Positions 6,800 through 13,064 of a DNA stretch of 19,466 nucleotides are shown piece by piece. The stretch covers positions 1 to 19,466 of the IMG/VR virus record IMGVR_UViG_3300010430_000005; one strand, given 5' to 3'. The position numbers were made by a program, and so were the translations under genes. Within the stretch, counting starts at the first letter, position 1. Each line of letters opens with the position of its first letter. This DNA comes from a virus. Lineage: Duplodnaviria; Heunggongvirae; Uroviricota; Caudoviricetes. The notes beneath the pieces are model-generated. The model saw only the letters and a program-made list of their open reading frames with translations. It was not told the origin of the DNA and did no database searches.

Positions 6800-6980
6800 C
6801 TTACAAGTTAGGAAAAAAAGTTGTTGACAAACTAAAAAGACTTAGTTATTAATAACGAAACATAATAACTTGCTTTATAAGTAAAGGTGGTTAGGTGTAT
6901 AAACGTTGCTGTTAGCGCAACTACCTAATTTCCTTGAGGAGTAATAAAAGAGCGTCGTTTAGACGCTGCCTCAGAAACAT

Positions 6981-7056
6981 TCCCCGGTAGCTCAGTTGGT
7001 AGAGCAACTGACTGTTAATCAGTGGGTCGGCGGTTCGAGCCCGTCCCGGGGAGCCA
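6981..7056 (+). tRNA. tRNA-Asn(GTT)
   Basis: Canonical cloverleaf, GCCA end. Confidence 0.95.
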
Positions 7057-7095
7057 AAGTTTTAGTGCAGGTTGACGAAACCGTAAGACGCGAAT

Positions 7096-7172
7096 GGGCC
7101 TGTAGCATAATTGGTTAATGCAGTCCGCTCATAACGGAAAGATTCTTGGTTCAAGTCCAAGTGGGCCTACCA
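7096..7172 (+). tRNA. tRNA-CAT, likely Ile2, copy b
   Basis: Identical to the 6535 copy from D-arm to T-arm; ACCA end. Confidence 0.82.
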
Positions 7173-7257
7173 GTTACTTTAAAGATGGGAATAGCATTTA
7201 GCTCATCTTTAAAATCGTCCGATATATATATTTCGGACAAATTAAATGCAATTTTAT

Positions 7258-7330
7258 TGCGGAGTGGAGCAGTGGTCAGCTCGTCGGGCTCATAACTCGA
7301 AGGTCGGTGGTTCGAATCCACCCTCCGCAA
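7258..7330 (+). tRNA. Initiator-type tRNA-fMet(CAT)
   Basis: GCGGAGTGGAGCAG...CAGCTCGTCGGGCTCATAACTCGAAGG is an fMet-type body. Confidence 0.88.
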
Positions 7331-7338
7331 CTAAAGAC

Positions 7339-7416
7339 GCCCCCTTGGGCAAATTGGTAAAGTCGCTCGGTTTAGGTCCGAGAGTTGTCCCGGTTCGAGT
7401 CCGGGAGGGGGTACCA
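7339..7416 (+). tRNA. tRNA-Leu(TAG)
   Basis: CTCGG-TTTAGGT-CCGAG, ACCA end. Confidence 0.88.
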
Positions 7417-7479
7417 AAATTCAAGAAAGTTAACGTCTAGCTAATAGGCGTGACAGGCAGGGAGAGACCTGCAATTATT

Positions 7480-7554
7480 GGGAGTATAGCATAATTGGTT
7501 AATGCAGTCCGCTCATAACGGAAAGATTGACGAGTTCGAATCTCCCTTCTCCTA
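7480..7554 (+). tRNA. tRNA-CAT Ile2-like copy c, degenerate
   Basis: Same D and anticodon arms as copies a/b; T-stem only 3 bp. Confidence 0.55.
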
Positions 7555-7557
7555 CTA

Positions 7558-7620
7558 AAGGATCAGTTCCGCAAAAAGAAAAAACTTTTTATTTGGAAAA
7601 AAGCACAAAATGATCCTGTT
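7558..7620 (+). ncRNA. AGG..TTCMGCAA..CCTG element, copy A
   Basis: 7-bp stem AGGATCA/TGATCCT, conserved TTCCGCAA, internal hairpin with loop ATTTGGA. Confidence 0.7.
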
Positions 7621-7622
7621 TT

Positions 7623-7695
7623 GCCCCTATAGCTCAGCTGGTAGAGCAACTGATTTGTAATCAGTAGGTCCGCGGTTCAAGTCCGTGTGGGGGCA
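7623..7695 (+). tRNA. tRNA-Thr(TGT)
   Basis: CTGAT-TTGTAAT-CAG arm, canonical cloverleaf. Confidence 0.93.
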
Positions 7696-7712
7696 CTAAA
7701 TTGAATTAATTT

Positions 7713-7791
7713 GATCCCTTAGCTCAGCTGGTCATAGAGCGGCCGACTTTTAATCGGCAGGTCCTCGGTTCGAATCCGAGAGGGATCACCA
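7713..7791 (+). tRNA. tRNA-Lys(TTT)
   Basis: GCCGA-CTTTTAA-TCGGC, ACCA end. Confidence 0.92.
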
Positions 7792-7801
7792 TTATTCAAA
7801 T

Positions 7802-7875
7802 CTATCTGTAGCGCAGCCTGGTAGCGCATCTGTTTTGGGTACAGAAGGTCGTGGGTTCGAATCCCTCCAGATAGA
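7802..7875 (+). tRNA. tRNA-Pro(TGG)
   Basis: TCTGT-TTTGGGT-ACAGA. Confidence 0.88.
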
Positions 7876-7975
7876 CAAAAGGCAAGACCTTAGTTTCGTT
7901 AGTCAGTTATGCTTGACGGAAGGTTAGGGGACGACATGGACGCGAAAGGCGGGGGTTGCATGTTGATAAGGTTTT

Positions 7976-8040
7976 AAGGGTCAATTCCGCAAAAAAGAAA
8001 AAACTTTTTATTTGGAAAAAAGCACAAACTGACCCTGTTT
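7976..8040 (+). ncRNA. AGG..TTCMGCAA..CCTG element, copy B
   Basis: Stem AGGGTCA/TGACCCT (compensatory change relative to copy A); interior near-identical to A. Confidence 0.7.
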
Positions 8041-8135
8041 AATGATGGTAGAGATCTGTTTTTAGACTAGAAACTACTAGGGTAAAATGGCAGGTTTGGG
8101 ATAATTGCGAGATGGTGGGGCAAATTATTCGACAT

Positions 8136-8206
8136 GGTGCTATGGTATATGGGTATTATTCTTGTCTGTCTAACAAGAGAATCGGGTTCGAGTCCCGGTA
8201 GCACTG
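8136..8206 (+). tRNA. tRNA-Asp(GTC)
   Basis: CTTGT-CTGTCTA-ACAAG, G73. Confidence 0.85.
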
Positions 8207-8234
8207 CTAATGTTTATGTCTTATAGCATATTAT

Positions 8235-8261
8235 GGGGGATTAGTTCAGTTGGTAGAGCGC
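8235..8261 (+). pseudogene. 5' tRNA fragment (acceptor strand + D-arm)
   Basis: GGGGGATTAGTTCAGTTGGTAGAGCGC then abrupt loss of tRNA sequence. Confidence 0.65.
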
Positions 8262-8267
8262 AACAAT

Positions 8268-8343
8268 GGCCGAGTAGCTCAGTGGTAGAAGCGCTAGTTT
8301 TACACACTAGATGTCGTAGGTTCGATCCCTACCTCGGCTACCA
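8268..8343 (+). tRNA. tRNA-Val(TAC)
   Basis: CTAGT-TTTACAC-ACTAG, ACCA end. Confidence 0.9.
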
Positions 8344-8351
8344 TTTTTCTT

Positions 8352-8927
8352 TCAGCATGTTTTCTTTTGATAGATTCTGAAATTCTTTTTTTTGTGTTCC
8401 TCAGATTTAGCTTTACCCGTTAACGCTTTTCTGTTTTTCTCTCCTCTCGATTTATTTGTTTTCCTATTATTTTCCTTTATTTTTTCTATAGTTTCTTGTG
8501 TATGTTTTCTACCAGATGATTTTTCTCTCAGTATTTGTTTAGTTTTTTCTGAATGTTTATTTCCTAAATTGGGTTTATGATTTCTGGTGCTACTAGCTTT
8601 ACGGTTTGCTTCTAAACATATCATTCTTTGATGATGGGATAGCTCCCTAAACTGCCCATCAGAAGCTTTGTTTAAAATATAAAGAGCATAATTCATTTTA
8701 GTTACGTGTTCCTTTTCAGAAACCATTTTGGGTAATAATCTGTGACAAATATAATGCTCTTTAAATGTTAATAAAACCTTATTATCTTCACTATTATCAC
8801 CTCCAAGTGATTTAGGAATTATATGATGGGATTCAAAATAGATATCTTCTCCTTTGAATCTAGATTGTGATTTTGCTCTGTCTACTATCACATAATAAAT
8901 ATTGGTATATTTGTTGTTCAGAAACAT
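8352..8927 (-). mobile_element. HNH homing endonuclease with NUMOD3-like repeats
   Basis: ESHHIIPKSLGG...NKVLLTFKEHYICHRLL; NLGNKHSEKTK and GRKHTQETIEKI repeats; own late promoter (TATAAATA on minus strand, 8964-8971). Likely frameshift in a T-run near the 3' end. Confidence 0.9.
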
Positions 8928-8983
8928 TTATTATCCTTTACTTTAAAACAATTGCTCTACCAATATTTATAAAACAAAATTTT

Positions 8984-9016
8984 CAAGGTCGAAGGTTCGA
9001 GCCCGTCACCGACTAC
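8984..9016 (+). pseudogene. 3' tRNA fragment (T-arm + acceptor strand)
   Basis: AAGGTCGAAGGTTCGAGCCCGTCACCGACTA-CTA just beyond the HNH promoter. Confidence 0.65.
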
Positions 9017-9024
9017 TAAAATAC

Positions 9025-9053
9025 TTGACACGGCCTATGTATGTGTTATAAAT
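9025..9053 (+). promoter_or_regulatory. Sigma70-type promoter
   Basis: TTGACA-N16-TATAAT upstream of tRNA-Arg(TCT). Confidence 0.7.
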
Positions 9054-9058
9054 TTTAT

Positions 9059-9139
9059 GCCCCCTGTCCCCTCATCAGTCTTCTAAACTGATCCTTAAAG
9101 AGGGATGGAAGGTGCGGGGTTCGATTCCTCCAGGGGGCT
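9059..9139 (+). tRNA. Non-canonical D-arm-less tRNA-Arg(TCT)-like gene
   Basis: GCCCCCTG/CAGGGGGC acceptor, ATCAGT-CTTCTAA-ACTGAT anticodon arm, TTCGATT T-loop, no D-arm, enlarged variable region. Confidence 0.65.
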
Positions 9140-9189
9140 CTTAAAATCATATAAATACTTTTACTTTAAATGTTAGAAGTAGAAGTTAT

Positions 9190-9891
9190 ATGGATTGCCG
9201 ACGTATTTATGATTCTATCATAGAAAAACGAAAATTAGAAACACCAGAAGGGTATGTTGAGAAACATCATATTCTACCGAGAAGTTTGGGTGGAAACGAT
9301 GACGCGGAAAACATCGTATCTCTCACAGCCAGAGAACATTTTGTATGTCATTATCTATTGGCTAAAATGTACGAAAAAGAAACGTTTGAGTGGTATAAGA
9401 TGAATCATGCCTTTATCATTATGAAAGCATCTTCAGATAATCATAAAAGGTATTTCAACAGTAGGTTATACGAAAACTTGCGTAAAAATTTTTCATCTGT
9501 TATGTCAAAGTTGCAGACTGGCAGTGGCAACTCACAATATGGTACTAGATGGGTACATAACATATCTTTAAAGCAAAGTCGTAAGATCCCTAAAAACGAT
9601 CCTCTCCCTGATGGTTGGAGCGAGGGCAGGAAAATTAAATGGCATAATAAAATAGTATGCTGTGGACTGTGCAGTAAAGAATTCGAACAAAAGGCTACTG
9701 AGAGATTCTGCAGTGTTGAATGTAAAAAGAAACATCAACAACCAGATTTTATTTGTAGAGAAGAAGAATTCATTAATCTATACTGTGATTTAGGCTCAAT
9801 GAACAAATCGCTAAAGGCCATGGGTTATCCGGGAGCCATATCACATTATTATAGATGGGCGAAGAAGGTCATTGACTCAAACTCTTTATGA
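9190..9891 (+). mobile_element. HNH homing endonuclease
   Basis: EKHHILPRSLGG.DDAENIVSLTAREHFVCHYLL; late promoter TATAAATA 9150-9157. Confidence 0.9.
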
Positions 9892-9903
9892 AGTTACTTA
9901 TAT

Positions 9904-9923
9904 AAGTCCTCGCGGGATCGCCA
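9904..9923 (+). pseudogene. 3' tRNA fragment ending GCCA
   Basis: AAGT-CCTCG-CGGGATC-G-CCA = end of T-loop, T-stem, acceptor strand, CCA. Confidence 0.55.
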
Positions 9924-9987
9924 ATTTTATGTCGCGAAAGCATTTGGATGTTGATTTGTTTGGACAAATCTAGCGGCGCCAGAATTC

Positions 9988-10073
9988 AAGGAACATTTCC
10001 GCAAGCAACTTAGGATAAAAACAAACTTGAAATTTGTCTAAGTGGTTCGATTCCACAAATAAAGTGTTCCTGT
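9988..10073 (+). ncRNA. AGG..TTCMGCAA..CCTG element, copy C, with anticodon-like and T-like arms
   Basis: Stem AGGAACA/TGTTCCT; ACAAA-CTTGAAA-TTTGT; GTGG-TTCGATT-CCAC. Confidence 0.7.
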
Positions 10074-10081
10074 AGATTAAA

Positions 10082-10134
10082 AAGGATGAGTTCAGCAAAA
10101 TTTATGCATTTGAACAAGCACAGATCATCCTGTT
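10082..10134 (+). ncRNA. AGG..TTCMGCAA..CCTG element, copy D
   Basis: Stem AGGATGA/TCATCCT, TTCAGCAA, ATTTGAA..AAGCACA core shared with A/B. Confidence 0.65.
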
Positions 10135-10143
10135 TTATTTTGT

Positions 10144-10214
10144 GCGGGTATGGTGTAATGGTAACATGCGAGATTTCCAATCTCTTGTTGTCGGTTCGAG
10201 TCCGTCTACCCGCT
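10144..10214 (+). tRNA. tRNA-Gly(TCC)
   Basis: CGAGA-TTTCCAA-TCTCT, U73. Confidence 0.9.
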
Positions 10215-10222
10215 CTAAACTT

Positions 10223-10299
10223 CCCGATTTAGTGTTAGCGGTTAAGCACAGTAGATTGTGGATCTACTAGGTTTGGTTCGAATCCAAAGGTCGGGACCA
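10223..10299 (+). tRNA. tRNA-His(GTG), alphaproteobacterial type (no G-1, A73)
   Basis: GTAGA-TTGTGGA-TCTAC; ends GGTCGGG-A-CCA; base -1 is T. Confidence 0.88.
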
Positions 10300-10321
10300 A
10301 TTTTAACAGAAGGAGAAATGT

Positions 10322-10510
10322 ATGTACGGTATACGAGTTCCTCTTGCTGTGGACGATTATATTTGGGTAACTACTGACAGCCCGAATAACAGAATGTTTG
10401 AACATAAACCACTTCTGTTTTCCACAGAAGAAGAGGCTTACAAGGCGGCTAAAGTGTTTGGTCCTCTTGCGTCGGTAAAGAAATACGAAGAAACAGAAGC
10501 TTTTTGCTAA
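10322..10510 (+). CDS. Hypothetical protein (62 aa)
   Basis: AAGGAG RBS, compact ORF between tRNAs. Confidence 0.7.
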   Translation: MYGIRVPLAVDDYIWVTTDSPNNRMFEHKPLLFSTEEEAYKAAKVFGPLASVKKYEETEAFC

Positions 10511-10525
10511 TAAATCTTTGTATTT

Positions 10526-10598
10526 GGGGTGTTAGCTCAGTCGGGAGAGCAGTTGCTTTGCAAGCATCAGGTCATCGGTTCAAGTCCGATACACTCCA
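10526..10598 (+). tRNA. tRNA-Ala(TGC)
   Basis: GGGGTGT/ACACTCC with G3.U70, loop TTTGCAA. Confidence 0.93.
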
Positions 10599-10695
10599 CT
10601 AAAAGATTATCTTGCCAAGCAAGCAAGCGAAATGATGGTTGACATCATATAAAGAATAACATATAAATTATAATATGTAATCGAAGGAAAGTGAA

Positions 10696-10860
10696 ATGGA
10701 AGTAGTGTTTAAATTTCCGGTTGTGTTCGTTAAAACGAATGGAAAATACAATGTCTTGATTTCGCATGTGTTGTCGACTATCACGACTCTTGCTGCAATT
10801 ACTTTTATGCCTTGGGCAATGCCCGTTTGGATAGCACAAGCTCAACGTAGTTGCCTTTAA
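10696..10860 (+). CDS. Small predicted membrane protein (54 aa)
   Basis: AAGGAA RBS; MEVVFKFPVVFVKTNGKYNVLISHVLSTITTLAAITFMPWAMPVWIAQAQRSCL. Confidence 0.55.
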   Translation: MEVVFKFPVVFVKTNGKYNVLISHVLSTITTLAAITFMPWAMPVWIAQAQRSCL

Positions 10861-10867
10861 GAATATT

Positions 10868-10939
10868 GCGGGTATAGCTCAGGGGTAGAGCATTTCGTTG
10901 CCAACGAAAGTGTCGTGAGTTCGAATCTCATTACCCGCT
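10868..10939 (+). tRNA. tRNA-Gly(GCC)
   Basis: TTTCG-TTGCCAA-CGAAA, U73. Confidence 0.92.
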
Positions 10940-11024
10940 CAAAAAAATGTTCGACAAACAAAGAAAGTAGTTGACATACCTTATCAAATGTCTTATGTTG
11001 TTAATACAACAAAAGGAGACTACA

Positions 11025-11234
11025 ATGTTTACACTCGAACTTAGAAACGGTTTTGATAGCGAATTGGCCGAGGCACAAGGTCGAGTGTCTAAGACGGCTC
11101 CTGTTATGGCTGTTCTAATCGAAAAAAACGAAAACGGCATTCGGAGTGTAGTAGATGTCGTACAAGGTACGATGAAAGAAATTGAGAGCTACTTCAAAAA
11201 CAAAGACATTAAAGAAGTGCTTAACAAGATTTAA
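11025..11234 (+). CDS. Hypothetical protein (69 aa)
   Basis: AAGGAG RBS before ATG 11025; TTGACA promoter at ~10971. Confidence 0.75.
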   Translation: MFTLELRNGFDSELAEAQGRVSKTAPVMAVLIEKNENGIRSVVDVVQGTMKEIESYFKNKDIKEVLNKI

Positions 11235-11246
11235 AGTTGGTTATAT

Positions 11247-11319
11247 TGCGGGGTGGAGCAGCGGTCAGCTCGTCGGTTTCATATGCCGAAGGTCGTAGGT
11301 TCGAATCCTACCCCCGCAA
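11247..11319 (+). tRNA. Second initiator-like tRNA-Met(CAT) with altered anticodon arm
   Basis: fMet-type body; TCGGT-TTCATAT-GCCGA. Confidence 0.8.
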
Positions 11320-11430
11320 CAAAACTAGATTATTAGTGACGTGCCCTTACTATGTGTTTTGGGTTACATGACAATAAGGATCAATTTGCTAATGATTGCA
11401 TTGTCTTGACGATAATTTGGTGACGCTATT

Positions 11431-11553
11431 AAGGAACAGTTCAGCAAACAATGTTTACCAACCAGTGGGTCGTGGGTTCGAATCCCACCATCCGTCAAGT
11501 GGCGGATGTAGTTCAGAGGTAGAACAACCGGCAATACAAAAGATGTTCCTGTT
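11431..11553 (+). ncRNA. Element copy E enclosing a circularly permuted tRNA body
   Basis: AGGAACA/TGTTCCT stem and TTCAGCAA; inside, the tRNA 3' half (11462-11495) precedes the 5' half (11502-11531). Confidence 0.72.
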
Positions 11554-11555
11554 TT

Positions 11556-11632
11556 GGAAGCATAGCATAATTGGTTAATGCCCACGTCTCATAAACGTGT
11601 CGATCTTGGTTCAAGTCCAAGTGCTTCCACCA
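11556..11632 (+). tRNA. tRNA-CAT (Ile2-like family, copy d)
   Basis: Same D- and T-arms as 6535/7096; CACGT-CTCATAA-ACGTG; ACCA end. Confidence 0.8.
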
Positions 11633-11670
11633 TAAATACCTTTGTCGATGTTAAACACAAAGGAGATTTT

Positions 11671-11850
11671 ATGTCTAAATTCGCAATACTCAGAAACGAA
11701 AACATTGTTCAGCATATAATAATGGTCGGAGAACGTTTAAATTATAAAGATCCGAAAGCAGTCGACTTAGTATTCGACACTGAAAAGAATGCGGCAGAAG
11801 TTGCGAAAATATTGGGTGGCAAAGTTATCGAGTATGATGAAGCAGCTTGA
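11671..11850 (+). CDS. Hypothetical protein (59 aa)
   Basis: AAGGAG RBS before ATG 11671. Confidence 0.7.
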   Translation: MSKFAILRNENIVQHIIMVGERLNYKDPKAVDLVFDTEKNAAEVAKILGGKVIEYDEAA

Positions 11851-11852
11851 AT

Positions 11853-11935
11853 GCGGATGTGGTGGAACGGCAGACACGGGATGCTCAAAATATCCTGCCT
11901 CTAGTGGCGTGTGGGTTCGAATCCCACCATCCGCA
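11853..11935 (+). tRNA. tRNA-Leu(CAA)
   Basis: GGGAT...CTCAAAA...ATCC arm, variable arm, GCGGATG/CATCCGC acceptor. Confidence 0.88.
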
Positions 11936-12041
11936 CTAATATAGAATACCTTTGTAAGGAACTAGGCGCTATAATAATTGGGTTTGTTCGTAAATCCCGA
12001 CTATAACTAAGAAGAAAGGAAAATTTATGTCGTAGATTGAA

Positions 12042-12281
12042 ATGACTTGTAAAGAAGTGGTTTTCCACTTCAATAAGAAACATCTTGAAGATGACACAAT
12101 TCCTATGTGGGTTGTAAAAGCAAAGGGGCAGACACATTACGTCAAACATGTTGAATGTAATGTGGGATGGTCAACTAAAGAGACGCCAGATAATCCTTCA
12201 ACTAAAGGATCAATCAAGGTTAAGAATTGTCTCTTGACTATCAATGACCAAGAAGCGTTAATCGAAAAGGTGCCTCCCTAA
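12042..12281 (+). CDS. Conserved hypothetical T4-like phage protein
   Basis: VFHFNKKHLED.TIPMWV...YV.HV.C...WSTKETP...TKGSIK pattern. Confidence 0.8.
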   Translation: MTCKEVVFHFNKKHLEDDTIPMWVVKAKGQTHYVKHVECNVGWSTKETPDNPSTKGSIKVKNCLLTINDQEALIEKVPP

Positions 12282-12332
12282 CCAGAAAATGATTAATACC
12301 AAAAATCAGAAATCTAGTTAAGGAGAATTAAA

Positions 12333-12710
12333 ATGAGTATCGAACTAAAAATCAAATCCAAACATCTGGGCGAAGAAGCACGTATCATCCGTTTCGAAGA
12401 ACACAAAATCAAGAAACAAGCAAGGTGGTCTAGAGAACGACAAGGTTCTGCAACAGCAGATAGCATAATGCAAACTTGGCATTCGCTTAATCATCATAGA
12501 AGATACGATGTTCGAAATGAAAATCGAGCAACATTTCTAGCAAGAGCATATCTTGATAATAAACCTTATAGTTCTGTCGAACAAAAAAGGAATGAAGATC
12601 AAGAATACATATTCACTCAAAAAGTCTTGCCAAGAGTATTGACAATGGTGAATAAGTATGGTATCGATAAGATATCGATGCAAGGTATTGAAGATTGGTT
12701 AAAGACATAA
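12333..12710 (+). CDS. Conserved hypothetical phage protein
   Basis: AAGGAG RBS; LKIKSKHLGEEARIIRFEE motif. Confidence 0.85.
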   Translation: MSIELKIKSKHLGEEARIIRFEEHKIKKQARWSRERQGSATADSIMQTWHSLNHHRRYDVRNENRATFLARAYLDNKPYSSVEQKRNEDQEYIFTQKVLPRVLTMVNKYGIDKISMQGIEDWLKT

Positions 12711-12836
12711 CCTTTAATTCCTGGGCAAGAATTAAAACTGCCTAAATATTGATGTTGACTTGCAATGCTACGTGTGGTGTAAGCAACGCGGATGACCCGA
12801 ATACTGTAAAAAGTTGCAGGTTGCCAGTCCGCATTT

Positions 12837-12910
12837 GCCGTATTAGCTCAACTGGATAGAGCACTCCCCTCCTAAGGGAACGGTTGTAGGTTCGAATCCT
12901 ACATGCGGCA
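12837..12910 (+). tRNA. tRNA-Arg(CCT)
   Basis: CTCCC-CTCCTAA-GGGAA, canonical cloverleaf. Confidence 0.88.
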
Positions 12911-12915
12911 CATAT

Positions 12916-13044
12916 AAAAGCAGATACTTGACGTTTCGCCTTTCTGGAAGGAAGTAAGAGATAGAACAAGGGGTTAGGAGCGGTCCTAGTTCGCTATCAC
13001 CAGACACATAACGCTTCGTCAGCGTATAGTGGGTATCTGTTTTT
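12916..13044 (+). ncRNA. Candidate structured RNA (~130 nt)
   Basis: 12-bp closing stem AAAAGCAGATAC/GTATCTGTTTTT with three internal hairpins. Confidence 0.45.
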
Positions 13045-13064
13045 ACATGGCAGAAAGGGCAGAA

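Noticed and set aside
6627-7416. Stop-codon suppressor tRNAs / recoding
   Set aside because: TAA, TGA and TAG here are anticodons of ordinary Leu/Ser tRNAs; no CTA, TTA or TCA anticodon was found and genes end normally at all three stops
7060-7475. Short hairpins at 7065-7092, 7178-7240 and 7445-7473
   Set aside because: Too short to distinguish from ordinary processing spacers without homologs
7558-8040. CRISPR array suggested by near-identical repeats A and B
   Set aside because: Only two near-identical copies about 420 nt apart, separated by tRNAs; no regular spacers or cas genes
9904-9985. HDV-like (theta) ribozyme suggested by TCCTCG
   Set aside because: Could not build the P1/P2/P3 nested pseudoknot; better explained as a tRNA 3' remnant
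11364-11585. ORFs 11364- and 11396+
   Set aside because: They coincide with element E and a tRNA; no RBS
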